A DNA stretch of 64,000 bases, from the sequence record ON528735. One strand, 5' to 3'. The position numbers and the translations under genes are program-made. The stretch is from Shigella phage ESh25. The first letter of the stretch is position 1. Each line of letters opens with the position of its first letter. Below the pieces are notes generated by a model. That model was not told the origin of the DNA and did not search any database. It saw nothing but the letters and a program-made list of their open reading frames with translations. This document shows positions 29,112 through 39,614 of the stretch, piece by piece.

Positions 29112-29536
29112 TGCTTCTGATCCCTGAAACTCATGAATTAGTTCTCGAGAATGTCGAAGCACTTATTCCTGAAGCACAGGGTCGCTTTGACGAATTGTCT
29201 TCTGCTTTAAATAAAGACGATATAAATACAATTGTCGAGAATATGCTTGATGATGAAACTGATTTAGCGGTTGCATTAGCTTCTATTAATGAAAATATGC
29301 CGTTAAATGAATTTATCGTTAAACATGTTTCTGCCCGTGGTGAAATTACTCGCACTAAAGATCGCAAAACCCGCGAACGTAATGCATTTCAAACTACCGG
29401 GTTGTCTAAAGCAAAACGTAGACAAATTGCTCGTAAAGCTACCAAAACGAAGATTGCCAATCCAGCAGGTCAATCTCGTGCTCAGCGTAAGCGTAAAAAA
29501 GCTCTTAAACGCCGTAAAGCATTAGGATTAAGCTAA
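29111..29536 (+). CDS. 68: gp68 prohead core protein
   Basis: 141 aa, basic C-terminus; ATGA-type overlaps on both sides. Confidence 0.85.
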
Positions 29537-30174
29537 TGAATGAACCCCAATTACTAATTGAAACTTGGGGTCAACCTGGCGAAATTATTGATGGCGTACC
29601 AATGCTTGAATCTCATGATGGAAAAGACTTAGGTTTAAAACCGGGTTTATACATCGAAGGAATATTCATGCAAGCGGAAGTCGTCAATAGAAATAAACGT
29701 CTTTATCCAAAACGTATATTAGAAAAAGCGGTAAAAGACTATATTAATGAGCAAGTTTTAACTAAACAAGCTCTCGGAGAATTAAATCATCCTCCACGCG
29801 CTAATGTTGACCCGATGCAAGCCGCTATCATTATAGAAGATATGTGGTGGAAAGGAAATGACGTATACGGACGAGCTCGTGTTATTGAAGGTGACCACGG
29901 TCCTGGAGATAAATTAGCAGCTAATATTCGTGCCGGATGGATTCCAGGAGTTTCTTCTCGTGGATTAGGTTCATTGACTGACACAAATAAAGGTTATCGT
30001 ATCGTAAACGAAGGATTCAAATTAACTGTAGGTGTTGATGCAGTATGGGGTCCAAGTGCTCCAGATGCATGGGTAACTCCTAAGGAAATTACCGAATCAC
30101 AGACGGCGGAAGCCGATACAAGTGCCGATGACGCCTATATGGCTCTCGCAGAGGCCATGAAAAAAGCGTTATAA
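29536..30174 (+). CDS. 21: gp21 prohead core scaffold / prohead protease
   Basis: 212 aa, T4 gp21 length; position upstream of gene 22. Confidence 0.9.
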   Translation: MNEPQLLIETWGQPGEIIDGVPMLESHDGKDLGLKPGLYIEGIFMQAEVVNRNKRLYPKRILEKAVKDYINEQVLTKQALGELNHPPRANVDPMQAAIIIEDMWWKGNDVYGRARVIEGDHGPGDKLAANIRAGWIPGVSSRGLGSLTDTNKGYRIVNEGFKLTVGVDAVWGPSAPDAWVTPKEITESQTAEADTSADDAYMALAEAMKKAL

Positions 30175-30177
30175 ATA
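30170..30177 (+). promoter_or_regulatory. late promoter TATAAATA for gene 22 (overlaps the gene 21 stop)
   Basis: Exact TATAAATA about 28 nt upstream of the gene 22 ATG. Confidence 0.7.
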
Positions 30178-30204
30178 TTATTATCTAAACAACAGGACTA
30201 CAAA

Positions 30205-31014
30205 ATGCTTAAAGAACAACTGATTGCCGAAGCGCAGAAAATTGATGCTTCCGTTGCTCTTGATAGTATTTTCGAATCAGTTAATATTTCTCCGGAAGCA
30301 AAAGAAACTTTCGGCACTGTATTCGAAGCTACCGTCAAGCAGCACGCCGTTAAATTAGCTGAATCTCATATCGCTAAAATTGCTGAAAAAGCAGAAGAAG
30401 AAGTAGAAAAAAATAAAGAAGAAGCAGAAGAAAAAGCTGAGAAGAAAATCGCTGAGCAAGCTTCTAAATTCCTTGACCATCTTGCAAAAGAATGGCTCAC
30501 TGAAAATAAATTAGCAGTTGATAAAGGCATCAAAGCCGAACTGTTTGAATCCATGCTTGGTGGATTAAAAGAGCTCTTTGTTGAACACAACGTTGTTGTT
30601 CCAGAAGAATCAGTTGATGTTGTAGCTGAAATGGAAGAAGAGCTGCAAGAACATAAAGAAGAATCAGCTCGTCTGTTCGAAGAACTCAATATGCGCGACG
30701 CATATATCAATTATGTGCAGCGTGAAGTGGCATTGAGCGAAAGTACTAAAGATCTGACTGAGTCTCAAAAAGAAAAAGTCTCTGCTCTGGTCGAAGGTAT
30801 GGATTATTCAGATGCATTCTCAAGTAAATTGAGTGCCATCGTAGAAATGGTGAAGAAGTCTAATAAAGATGAAAGCACTATTACTGAGAGTATAAATACT
30901 CCTGATACTGAAGCAGCCGGACTGAATTTCGTCACTGAAGCTGTAGAAGATAAAACTGCACCTGGTGCAGAAGATATTGTAAGTGTATATGCGAAAGTCG
31001 CATCTCGTTTCTAA
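30205..31014 (+). CDS. 22: gp22 major prohead scaffolding core protein
   Basis: 269 aa, highly charged and helical (Glu/Lys-rich); synteny. Confidence 0.9.
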   Translation: MLKEQLIAEAQKIDASVALDSIFESVNISPEAKETFGTVFEATVKQHAVKLAESHIAKIAEKAEEEVEKNKEEAEEKAEKKIAEQASKFLDHLAKEWLTENKLAVDKGIKAELFESMLGGLKELFVEHNVVVPEESVDVVAEMEEELQEHKEESARLFEELNMRDAYINYVQREVALSESTKDLTESQKEKVSALVEGMDYSDAFSSKLSAIVEMVKKSNKDESTITESINTPDTEAAGLNFVTEAVEDKTAPGAEDIVSVYAKVASRF

Positions 31015-31032
31015 TTTTAAAGGTTAACACAA

Positions 31033-32598
31033 ATGACTATCAAAACTAAAGCTGAACTTTTGAACAAATGGAAGCCATTACTGGAAGGTGAAGGTTTACC
31101 GGAAATTGCTAATAGCAAACAAGCGATTATCGCTAAAATCTTTGAAAACCAGGAAAAAGATTTCCAGACAGCTCCAGAGTACAAAGACGAAAAAATCGCC
31201 CAGGCATTTGGTTCTTTCTTAACAGAAGCTGAAATCGGTGGTGACCACGGTTACAACGCTACTAACATCGCTGCTGGTCAGACTTCTGGCGCAGTAACTC
31301 AGATTGGCCCAGCTGTTATGGGTATGGTACGTCGTGCTATTCCTAACCTGATTGCTTTCGATATTTGTGGTGTTCAGCCGATGAACAGCCCGACTGGCCA
31401 GGTATTCGCACTGCGCGCAGTATATGGTAAAGACCCAATCGCTTCCGGTGCTAAAGAAGCATTCCACCCAATGTATGGTCCAGATGCAATGTTCTCTGGT
31501 CAGGGTGCTGCTAAGAAATTCGCTGCTTTGAAAGCAAGTGATACTCTTGAAGTCGGAACTATTTACACTCACTTCTTCCAGGAAACTGGTACAGTATATC
31601 TGCAAGCTACAGCAGCTAAACAAATTGATTCAGGCGCATCTGACGCAGACAAATTAGATGCTGAAATTAAGAAACAAATGGAAGCTGGTGTACTGGTAGA
31701 AATCGCTGAAGGTATGGCTACTTCTATCGCTGAACTTCAGGAAGGTTTCAACGGTTCTACCGATAACCCATGGAATGAAATGGGCTTCCGTATCGATAAA
31801 CAAGTTATCGAAGCTAAATCTCGTCAGCTGAAAGCTGCTTACTCTATTGAATTAGCACAAGACCTCCGCGCTGTTCATGGTATGGATGCTGATGCTGAAC
31901 TGTCTGGTATTCTGGCTACAGAAATTATGCTGGAAATCAACCGCGAAGTTGTTGATTGGATTAACTACTCCGCTCAGGTTGGTAAATCTGGTATGACCCT
32001 GACTCCGGGTTCTAAAGCTGGTGTATTTGACTTCCAGGACCCAATCGATATTCGTGGTGCTCGCTGGGCAGGTGAATCCTTTAAAGCTCTGTTGTTCCAG
32101 ATTGACAAAGAAGCAGTTGAAATTGCTCGTCAGACTGGTCGCGGCGAAGGTAACTTCATTATCGCTTCCCGTAACGTAGTTAACGTTCTGGCTTCAGTTG
32201 ATACCGGCATTTCTTATGCTGCACAAGGTCTGGCTACTGGCTTTAACACTGATACTACCAAGTCAGTATTTGCTGGTGTTCTGGGTGGTAAATACCGTGT
32301 ATATATCGACCAGTATGCTAAACAGGATTATTTCACCGTAGGTTATAAAGGTCCGAACGAAATGGATGCTGGTATTTACTATGCTCCATATGTAGCTCTG
32401 ACTCCGCTGCGTGGTTCTGATCCGAAGAACTTCCAACCGGTAATGGGATTCAAAACTCGTTACGGTATCGGTATCAACCCATTTGCAGAATCCGCTGCTC
32501 AGGCTCCGGCTTCTCGCATCCAGAGCGGTATGCCTTCTATTCTGAATAGCCTTGGTAAAAATGCTTACTTCCGCCGTGTATATGTTAAAGGTATCTAA
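31033..32598 (+). CDS. 23: gp23 major capsid protein
   Basis: 521 aa, T4 gp23 length; begins MTIKTKAELLNKWKPLLEGEGLPEIANSKQ; high-expression codon usage. Confidence 0.95.
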   Translation: MTIKTKAELLNKWKPLLEGEGLPEIANSKQAIIAKIFENQEKDFQTAPEYKDEKIAQAFGSFLTEAEIGGDHGYNATNIAAGQTSGAVTQIGPAVMGMVRRAIPNLIAFDICGVQPMNSPTGQVFALRAVYGKDPIASGAKEAFHPMYGPDAMFSGQGAAKKFAALKASDTLEVGTIYTHFFQETGTVYLQATAAKQIDSGASDADKLDAEIKKQMEAGVLVEIAEGMATSIAELQEGFNGSTDNPWNEMGFRIDKQVIEAKSRQLKAAYSIELAQDLRAVHGMDADAELSGILATEIMLEINREVVDWINYSAQVGKSGMTLTPGSKAGVFDFQDPIDIRGARWAGESFKALLFQIDKEAVEIARQTGRGEGNFIIASRNVVNVLASVDTGISYAAQGLATGFNTDTTKSVFAGVLGGKYRVYIDQYAKQDYFTVGYKGPNEMDAGIYYAPYVALTPLRGSDPKNFQPVMGFKTRYGIGINPFAESAAQAPASRIQSGMPSILNSLGKNAYFRRVYVKGI

Positions 32599-32613
32599 TC
32601 TTTGACGATTTAA

Positions 32614-32629
32614 GGGACCTTCGGGTCCC
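32614..32629 (+). terminator. hairpin GGGACC-ttcg-GGTCCC after gene 23
   Basis: 6-bp GC stem, UUCG loop, followed by tttagttgttttt. Confidence 0.6.
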
Positions 32630-32646
32630 TTTAGTTGTTTTTATGG

Positions 32647-32654
32647 TATAAATA
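32647..32654 (+). promoter_or_regulatory. late promoter TATAAATA for gene 24
   Basis: Exact TATAAATA about 28 nt upstream of the gene 24 ATG. Confidence 0.7.
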
Positions 32655-32681
32655 AATCATATAAACCAAAAGGAAAGCGCA

Positions 32682-33965
32682 ATGGCTAAAATCAACGAAC
32701 TTCTGCGCGAATCAACCACAACGAATAGCAACTCAATCGGTCGCCCAAATCTCGTTGCTTTGACTCGCGCTACCACTAAATTAATATATTCTGACATTGT
32801 AGCAACGCAAAGAACTAATCAACCTGTTGCTGCTTTTTATGGTATCAAATACCTTAACCCAGACAATGAATTTACATTTAAAACTGGTGCTACTTACGCT
32901 GGCGAAGCTGGGTATGTAGACCGAGAACAAATCACAGAATTAACAGAAGAGTCTAAATTAACTCTCAATAAAGGCGATTTATTCAAATATAATAATATCG
33001 TTTATAAAGTATTAGAAGATACACCATTTGCTGATATTGAAGAAAGCGATTTAGAATTAGCTCTTCAGATTGCAATCGTTCTTTTAAAGGTTCGTCTATT
33101 TTCTGATGCTGCAGTAACAAGCAAATTTGAAAACTCTGATAGCGAAATTGCGGATGCTAGATTCCAGATTAATAAATGGCAAACCGCAGTTAAATCTCGT
33201 AAACTTAAAACTGGCATCACAGTTGAATTAGCACAAGATTTAGAAGCAAACGGATTCGATGCTCCTAATTTCTTGGAAGATTTGCTTGCAACTGAAATGG
33301 CGGATGAAATCAATAAAGATATTCTGCAGTCTTTGATTACAGTGTCAAAACGCTATAAAGTTACAGGAATTACTGATACTGGATTCATCGATTTGAGTTA
33401 TGCATCTGCTCCTGAAGCTGGTCGTTCATTATACCGAATGGTATGTGAAATGGTTTCGCATATCCAAAAAGAATCAACTTATACAGCAACGTTCTGTGTT
33501 GCTTCTGCTCGTGCCGCTGCGATTCTTGCTGCATCAGGTTGGTTAAAACATAAACCAGAAGATGACAAATATCTTTCACAAAATGCCTACGGGTTCTTAG
33601 CTAATGGTTTACCGCTTTATTGCGATACTAACAGCCCATTAGATTATGTAATCGTTGGCGTAGTAGAAAATATCGGTGAAAAAGAAATTGTTGGATCAAT
33701 TTTCTATGCTCCGTATACAGAAGGTCTTGACTTAGATGACCCTGAACATGTAGGTGCATTTAAAGTTGTTGTTGATCCAGAAAGCTTACAACCGTCTATC
33801 GGTTTATTAGTTAGATATGCTTTATCAGCAAATCCTTATACCGTAGCAAAAGATGAAAAAGAAGCAAGAATAATTGACGGTGGAGACATGGATAAAATGG
33901 CGGGTCGTTCAGATTTGTCTGTTTTATTAGGTGTTAAGCTACCAAAAATTATCATTGATGAATAA
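32682..33965 (+). CDS. 24: gp24 capsid vertex protein (gp23 paralogue)
   Basis: 427 aa; shares gp23-like segments (ELAQDL, ATEM, FYAPY); synteny. Confidence 0.9.
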   Translation: MAKINELLRESTTTNSNSIGRPNLVALTRATTKLIYSDIVATQRTNQPVAAFYGIKYLNPDNEFTFKTGATYAGEAGYVDREQITELTEESKLTLNKGDLFKYNNIVYKVLEDTPFADIEESDLELALQIAIVLLKVRLFSDAAVTSKFENSDSEIADARFQINKWQTAVKSRKLKTGITVELAQDLEANGFDAPNFLEDLLATEMADEINKDILQSLITVSKRYKVTGITDTGFIDLSYASAPEAGRSLYRMVCEMVSHIQKESTYTATFCVASARAAAILAASGWLKHKPEDDKYLSQNAYGFLANGLPLYCDTNSPLDYVIVGVVENIGEKEIVGSIFYAPYTEGLDLDDPEHVGAFKVVVDPESLQPSIGLLVRYALSANPYTVAKDEKEARIIDGGDMDKMAGRSDLSVLLGVKLPKIIIDE

Positions 33966-33971
33966 AATAAA

Positions 33972-33987
33972 GGGACCGAAAGGTCCC
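33972..33987. terminator. bidirectional hairpin GGGACC-gaaa-GGTCCC between gene 24 (+) and rnlB (-)
   Basis: Flanked by A-run on one side and T-run on the other; lies between convergent genes. Confidence 0.6.
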
Positions 33988-33994
33988 TTTTTAT

Positions 33995-34999
33995 TTAGCT
34001 CACCAACTCAATCCAAGCTGGACGAAGTACATCTTGTACCATTTTAACTAATTCTTTTTTAATCAAAGAAGGATTATCTGCTTGAGTTAGAGTAATACCT
34101 TCACGAGAAGTTTCTTCCAAAATATCTTGAACAGTTAGCCCCATCACCTTTCCAAAATCCTTTGGACCAATTTCGCCAATTTTAGAAATAACGTTATTTA
34201 CCCGGTTCAGTGTAACGTAACAAGCTAAAATTCCCACCAATTTGTTATCAGCTTCTGATAGCTCAACTTTAGCTTTAATAGGCTTATCAGACTTTTTCTT
34301 TTCACTAAATTTGGAATTCTTGCATTTGATGGCTACACGATTGCGATTAGGCAGCCAAGAAGGATAACAAGGTTTCAATACATATCCTTCAGCGGTAAAT
34401 ACTTCGCCTTTTACTTCAGCATTCCAAACGCATTTATTTGCATCAACTAATCCAGCATGGTCTACCGTAAAATTATAATCCTGGACGACAGAATCTAAAT
34501 CATTTGGCAATTTAATAAGTTCTTCAAATTTACCGCGACCTAAAAGTGGAGCCATTTTAAATTTAAATGTATTGCAGAATGATTCCATCATATAATCATC
34601 GACATAAGTCACATCACCACTTTCTGTAGTAACAATAATGTCAAATACATAGAAATCTTTATCACCATAATCAACATTCTTCTGAATGCCAGGTCCAGCG
34701 AATTCGCCAAAAACTTGATAAGTCACAACAGCTGAAGTTTCCATAATATCTTGTACTGCTTTAATGGAATCAGCGTAATTCTTTAGAATAATTTCATACC
34801 CAAAGAAATCTTCAGCAGGAAGAATCGGTCCAGTACGTTTAGCGCAAGTTACTTTATCACGCTCAATAATCAATGAGAAATTTGTGCCGTGAATCTTTTC
34901 ACGAGCTACCCATTCGCCGCCAGTCAATCCCAAGCTATAAAGTTTTTCAATAAATTTAGAGTTGTAATGATTTTCAAGACTGCTATACTTTTTAAACAT
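33995..34999 (-). CDS. rnlB: RNA ligase 2 (Rnl2)
   Basis: 334 aa; nucleotidyltransferase lysine motif KIHGTN near N-terminus; T4 position after gene 24. Confidence 0.85.
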   Translation of the reverse strand: MFKKYSSLENHYNSKFIEKLYSLGLTGGEWVAREKIHGTNFSLIIERDKVTCAKRTGPILPAEDFFGYEIILKNYADSIKAVQDIMETSAVVTYQVFGEFAGPGIQKNVDYGDKDFYVFDIIVTTESGDVTYVDDYMMESFCNTFKFKMAPLLGRGKFEELIKLPNDLDSVVQDYNFTVDHAGLVDANKCVWNAEVKGEVFTAEGYVLKPCYPSWLPNRNRVAIKCKNSKFSEKKKSDKPIKAKVELSEADNKLVGILACYVTLNRVNNVISKIGEIGPKDFGKVMGLTVQDILEETSREGITLTQADNPSLIKKELVKMVQDVLRPAWIELVS

Positions 35000-35008
35000 A
35001 ATTAATCC

Positions 35009-35287
35009 TCAAAATGTAATTTCTAACCAATCACCATCACGCTGATCACTATTGACTTTAAAATTAAATCCTTCTTTTCTCAGCCAATCACCAATTTCTT
35101 CAGTAATCAATTTATCACGAGCAGTACAATAATAACTAAAATATGTTTTACCTTGTTCAGCTGCTTTATTAGCAAGTTCTGAAAAATCTTTAATAAAACA
35201 CTCTAGCTTAAACTGTTTACTTTTTAATGCTTTTTCACGTAATTGATTAGCAAAAGATTCATTTTCATAAAGATCATACTGTTCCAT
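35009..35287 (-). CDS. hypothetical protein (T4 24.2 position)
   Basis: 92-aa ORF tightly packed between rnlB and the next ORF. Confidence 0.55.
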   Translation of the reverse strand: MEQYDLYENESFANQLREKALKSKQFKLECFIKDFSELANKAAEQGKTYFSYYCTARDKLITEEIGDWLRKEGFNFKVNSDQRDGDWLEITF

Positions 35288-35489
35288 TTTTCACCTTTTT
35301 ATTAATGTGTCTTTTTCTATAGACAACTTTTTCTCGAGTCTCAAATTTATTCTTTGCAGTCATAGCTCGAGCCCATAATACAGCCACTTCTTTCGCCTGT
35401 AAGTTTAATTCACGAGCAATTTCAATGAATGACTTTCCAGACTCATGAAGCGTAAACACCACAACTTCAGTTCTCATAATCAATCTCAT
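35274..35489 (-). CDS. hypothetical small protein with helix-turn-helix-like segment (T4 24.3 position)
   Basis: 71 aa; SGKSFIEIARELNLQAKEVAVLWARAM resembles an HTH. Confidence 0.5.
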   Translation of the reverse strand: MRLIMRTEVVVFTLHESGKSFIEIARELNLQAKEVAVLWARAMTAKNKFETREKVVYRKRHINKKVKNGTV

Positions 35490-35558
35490 GTTATCGAGTT
35501 GGTGCCATTATATACATCATTTTCTGATTGTGTTTTGTGTGCTTTCAAAATGAAAAAA

Positions 35559-35572
35559 GGGGCCGAAGCCCC
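35559..35572 (-). terminator. hairpin GGGGC-cgaa-GCCCC downstream of hoc on the minus strand
   Basis: Minus strand reads hairpin then TTTTTT. Confidence 0.55.
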
Positions 35573-35584
35573 TTATGATTATGA

Positions 35585-36721
35585 TTATGGATAAGTATAG
35601 ATGATACCAGTTTCTAAAGCAGTTTTATGGATGATGTATCCATTACGTGATTCTTGAACATCAACTTCTGGATAATCTTTCATCATCTTCTGAAGCGTAT
35701 AACGATGCAAGTAGTACTTACTATCTGGATCATCAGTTTTCCAATCTTTACCTTCTTCTGTCATTTTTTGGATTTCATCCATAACCCACCAACCGCACCA
35801 GATATAAGCTGAAGTACGATGTGGAAGAGGATGAACATAAGGCAATTCACCTTCTGGTTCCGGAGCAACTTTATCAGTTACCTGAACTTGACCTGTTGTT
35901 TTAACTGTTTTACTATCATAGTCGGTTGCTGTAACGACAGCAGTAACTTCAATAGTTTGACTTCCAATAGATGAGGTGTCAACGGTGTATACGTTAGTTG
36001 ACCCTTCTACAGGAGAAGAATCTTTCTTCCATGAATAAGTAATTTGTGCTGCTTCAGGTGCTCCAGTAACATTAGCCGTAAATGTAGCCGAAGCATCTTG
36101 CTGAACGTTAATAGAAGGAGGAGTCAATGTAACCTGTGGATTCATTGTCTTCTTATTAACTGTCAATGATACTTCATTAGAAGTAACTTCCTTTTCATTG
36201 TAATTTTCTGCAGTTACTTGCGCTACACATTTAATTCTTTTTACTCCACTTGTAGTTGGAGTATAGTTAAATGTAGAGTTAGTTTCTCCACCAATTTGAG
36301 AATCATCTACATACCACTTATATGTAGCAGACGCTCCATCAGGTTGAGAAGCTAAGGCAGCGGTAAATTGAACTGGAGTTCCAATTACTCCAGCTGAAGG
36401 ACTATTAGGAGTTACTGTTATTGTAGTAGTCTGTGTCTTATTTTGAACTGTGATAGTTGTCGTAGTTTCTGCTGTTTCAGGTTCAGCTTCAGATTCTGGA
36501 ACTGTATTTGTTGCAACTACTTTAATAGTCTTTTGACCTGCAGGTCCTTTTAGTACATAGCTAAAAGTTGCTTCAGCTCCATCCTGTGGAACATTATCTA
36601 CACTCCAAGCATAGGTAATAGTTCCACCTTCAGTTTGACCACTGGGTGCAGCAGTAAACTGCTTGGTTTCATCAATAACTCCTGTTGGGGTTTTAGGAGT
36701 TATATCAACTGTAAAAGTCAT
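35585..36721 (-). CDS. hoc: Hoc highly immunogenic outer capsid protein (Ig-like domains)
   Basis: 378 aa; tandem beta-rich Ig-like repeats (recurring TYxW / VTAxxY patterns); T4 position. Confidence 0.85.
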   Translation of the reverse strand: MTFTVDITPKTPTGVIDETKQFTAAPSGQTEGGTITYAWSVDNVPQDGAEATFSYVLKGPAGQKTIKVVATNTVPESEAEPETAETTTTITVQNKTQTTTITVTPNSPSAGVIGTPVQFTAALASQPDGASATYKWYVDDSQIGGETNSTFNYTPTTSGVKRIKCVAQVTAENYNEKEVTSNEVSLTVNKKTMNPQVTLTPPSINVQQDASATFTANVTGAPEAAQITYSWKKDSSPVEGSTNVYTVDTSSIGSQTIEVTAVVTATDYDSKTVKTTGQVQVTDKVAPEPEGELPYVHPLPHRTSAYIWCGWWVMDEIQKMTEEGKDWKTDDPDSKYYLHRYTLQKMMKDYPEVDVQESRNGYIIHKTALETGIIYTYP

Positions 36722-36730
36722 AAGTTATCC

Positions 36731-37411
36731 TTATTTTAATGTTACGAAAGAAGAATTGCGTGTTTCACGAATTAGAACTGATCCGTCACGATTAATGTAG
36801 TAAATTAAGCTAAACAAAGTTTGATGCGCAGACGCATGTTCAAAACTGGTTGGGCGAGATTTCCAATCTGGGGTTTCAGCAATCCATTGATAAATCCACC
36901 AAGGAACAGTGCAGAATCCTGGATTTTTTCCAATCAGCTGAAGATTCGGACTAAAGTTTTCCGGAAGAGTAAATACAGACGGCTTTTCAGATTCAATAAT
37001 CTCAGCTACAGCCTGTTCGAATTTTTCTTCAACAAAAGGAGTATCTTCAATTAAAACAGTGGTATTTTCAGGAATTTTATCCGTTTCTACTACTTCAATT
37101 TTAATGTCAGATTTAACCGGAGAATCAATCAGAAGTGCTGCCTCTGGATTGACTTCTTCATCGTCATATTTTAATCCGTCTGCAGCATCAGCAGCATCAA
37201 TTAAGTCTTTAATAGATAACCCATCAGTCTCTGGCATAGGTTCACTAGCGAGCTTCTGGAGAGCTTCTTCAATATCATTAACGATATTATCAAAAGATTT
37301 ATTCTTTTTGACCTTTATACCAAACTGTTCAGCATATTCAGCTAATTTAGCTTTAGCTTCTTTATTATCATCAAGAGCCTTCAGCTCTGCAATATAATCT
37401 TTATCTATCAT
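36731..37411 (-). CDS. inh: Inh, inhibitor of prohead protease gp21
   Basis: 226 aa acidic protein; T4 inh length and position next to hoc. Confidence 0.75.
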   Translation of the reverse strand: MIDKDYIAELKALDDNKEAKAKLAEYAEQFGIKVKKNKSFDNIVNDIEEALQKLASEPMPETDGLSIKDLIDAADAADGLKYDDEEVNPEAALLIDSPVKSDIKIEVVETDKIPENTTVLIEDTPFVEEKFEQAVAEIIESEKPSVFTLPENFSPNLQLIGKNPGFCTVPWWIYQWIAETPDWKSRPTSFEHASAHQTLFSLIYYINRDGSVLIRETRNSSFVTLK

Positions 37412-37424
37412 AATATTTCCTCAG

Positions 37425-37432
37425 TATAAATA
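37425..37432 (+). promoter_or_regulatory. TATAAATA late-promoter motif facing the segD-like ORF
   Basis: Exact TATAAATA about 29 nt upstream of the ATG at 37461, the same geometry as the structural-gene late promoters. Confidence 0.45.
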
Positions 37433-37460
37433 TAGATATATTTATTACTCGGAAAATAGT

Positions 37461-38078
37461 ATGTACCACTTTGTATATGAAACAACAAATCTAATAAATG
37501 GTAAAAAGTATATAGGAAAACACTCTACTGATGACTTGAATGATGGTTACCTTGGTTCCGGTAAGGCAATTCAGCAGGCTATAAAGAAATATGGTGAAAA
37601 CAATTTCTCTAGAACAATACTAAAAGAGTTTAAAACTTCCGAAGAAGCGTACATGTATGAAGAAGAAATTATAACTCCTGAAATAATAAAAAGCAAAAAT
37701 TATTATAATATGAAACCCGGTGGAATTGGTGGAATTGTTATGACTACAGAGGTTATAGCAAAGATGAAAGAATCTTCCGCTAAGAGATTTGAAAACTCAC
37801 CGGGCACGGTATTAGGTACAACTTGTTACACTAATGGAACTAAAAATATTTTTATTAAACCTGGAGAACTTGTTCCAGAAGGATTTGTAAAAGGGATGGT
37901 TCATCCTAATAGAAAGTCCAGAAAAGGATGTAAAGTCAAACCGACTACCACAGGAACTTTTTGGGTCAATAATGGTGCAATAAATAAATTAATACAGCCA
38001 GACGGTATTATTCCCGACGGATTTATTAAAGGTCGTCTCATGAAAAGAGATTCTAAAGGCAAATTTAGTAAGGCATAA
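37461..38078 (+). CDS. segD: GIY-YIG homing endonuclease-like protein (SegD-like)
   Basis: N-terminal GIY-YIG module (FVYETTNLINGKKYIGKH...NNFSRTIL...EEEI...YYNMKPGG); T4 segD position between inh and uvsW. Confidence 0.75.
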   Translation: MYHFVYETTNLINGKKYIGKHSTDDLNDGYLGSGKAIQQAIKKYGENNFSRTILKEFKTSEEAYMYEEEIITPEIIKSKNYYNMKPGGIGGIVMTTEVIAKMKESSAKRFENSPGTVLGTTCYTNGTKNIFIKPGELVPEGFVKGMVHPNRKSRKGCKVKPTTTGTFWVNNGAINKLIQPDGIIPDGFIKGRLMKRDSKGKFSKA

Positions 38079-38080
38079 TT

Positions 38081-39589
38081 ATGGATATTAAAGTACATTT
38101 TCACGACTTCAGTCATGTACGCATCGATTGTGAAGAGAGCACGTTCCACGAATTAAGAGATTTCTTTTCGTTTGAGGCCGATGGATATAGATTTAACCCT
38201 CGCTTCAGATATGGCAACTGGGATGGACGAATCCGTCTTTTAGATTATAATCGTCTTCTTCCGTTTGGTTTAGTCGGGCAAATTAAAAAGTTCTGTGATA
38301 ACTTTGGCTATAAAGCCTGGATTGACCCACAAATTAACGAAAAAGAAGAATTATCAAGAAAAGATTTTGATGAATGGCTTTCTAAATTAGAAATCTATTC
38401 AGGAAATAAAAGAATTGAACCACACTGGTATCAAAAAGATGCAGTGTTCGAAGGATTAGTTAATCGTCGTAGAATTCTTAATCTTCCAACATCCGCAGGT
38501 AAATCTTTAATTCAGGCTCTGCTCGCTCGGTATTATTTGGAAAATTACGAAGGTAAAATTCTTATCATTGTTCCAACAACTGCTCTAACAACTCAGATGG
38601 CTGATGACTTCGTTGACTATCGTTTATTCAGTCATGCAATGATAAAGAAAATTGGTGGCGGAGCATCAAAAGATGATAAATATAAAAATGATGCACCAGT
38701 CGTTGTTGGTACATGGCAAACTGTAGTTAAACAACCAAAAGAATGGTTCTCACAGTTTGGAATGATGATGAATGATGAATGTCATCTTGCTACAGGAAAA
38801 AGTATTTCATCTATCATATCAGGTTTAAATAACTGCATGTTCAAATTTGGTCTATCTGGTTCATTACGTGATGGCAAAGCCAATATCATGCAGTATGTTG
38901 GAATGTTTGGTGAAATATTTAAGCCAGTAACGACTTCTAAATTAATGGAAGATGGACAAGTAACTGAGCTAAAAATTAATAGTATTTTTCTTCGCTATCC
39001 CGATGAATTCACTACTAAATTAAAGGGAAAAACTTATCAAGAAGAAATAAAAATTATTACTGGGCTTAGTAAAAGAAATAAATGGATCGCTAAATTAGCT
39101 ATTAAGCTTGCGCAAAAAGATGAAAACGCTTTTGTCATGTTTAAACATGTATCACATGGTAAAGCTATTTTCGATTTAATTAAAAATGAATACGATAAAG
39201 TTTATTACGTATCAGGGGAAGTTGATACCGAAACCCGCAATATAATGAAAACCTTAGCTGAAAATGGTAAAGGAATAATTATAGTAGCTAGTTATGGTGT
39301 ATTTTCTACTGGTATTTCAGTTAAAAATCTGCATCACGTTGTTTTAGCGCACGGTGTTAAATCAAAAATCATTGTATTACAAACAATCGGTCGTGTATTA
39401 CGTAAGCATGGTTCTAAGACAATAGCAACAGTCTGGGACCTCATAGATGATTGTGGTGTTAAGCCAAAATCTGCTAATACGAAAAAGAAATATGTTCATT
39501 TGAACTATCTTTTAAAACACGGCATTGATCGTATTCAGCGCTACGCAGATGAAAAATTTAATTACGTAATGAAAACAGTTAATTTATAA
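38081..39589 (+). CDS. uvsW: UvsW SF2 DNA/RNA helicase
   Basis: 502 aa; motif I LNLPTSAGKS; motif II DECH; synteny. Confidence 0.9.
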   Translation: MDIKVHFHDFSHVRIDCEESTFHELRDFFSFEADGYRFNPRFRYGNWDGRIRLLDYNRLLPFGLVGQIKKFCDNFGYKAWIDPQINEKEELSRKDFDEWLSKLEIYSGNKRIEPHWYQKDAVFEGLVNRRRILNLPTSAGKSLIQALLARYYLENYEGKILIIVPTTALTTQMADDFVDYRLFSHAMIKKIGGGASKDDKYKNDAPVVVGTWQTVVKQPKEWFSQFGMMMNDECHLATGKSISSIISGLNNCMFKFGLSGSLRDGKANIMQYVGMFGEIFKPVTTSKLMEDGQVTELKINSIFLRYPDEFTTKLKGKTYQEEIKIITGLSKRNKWIAKLAIKLAQKDENAFVMFKHVSHGKAIFDLIKNEYDKVYYVSGEVDTETRNIMKTLAENGKGIIIVASYGVFSTGISVKNLHHVVLAHGVKSKIIVLQTIGRVLRKHGSKTIATVWDLIDDCGVKPKSANTKKKYVHLNYLLKHGIDRIQRYADEKFNYVMKTVNL

Positions 39590-39602
39590 GGGCTTCGGCC
39601 CT
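39589..39602 (+). terminator. hairpin AGGGC-ttcg-GCCCT between uvsW and uvsW.1
   Basis: UUCG tetraloop hairpin; the track ORF start at 39603 abuts it. Confidence 0.45.
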
Positions 39603-39614
39603 TTGGAGAAAAAG

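Noticed and set aside
30366-30710. 114-aa minus-strand ORF inside gene 22
   Set aside because: Antisense of the Glu/Lys-rich scaffold gene, Ser-rich low complexity, no SD or promoter; gene 22 coding is clearly on the + strand.
37059-37397. 112-aa plus-strand Ser-rich ORF overlapping inh
   Set aside because: Antisense to inh, low-complexity composition, no start context.
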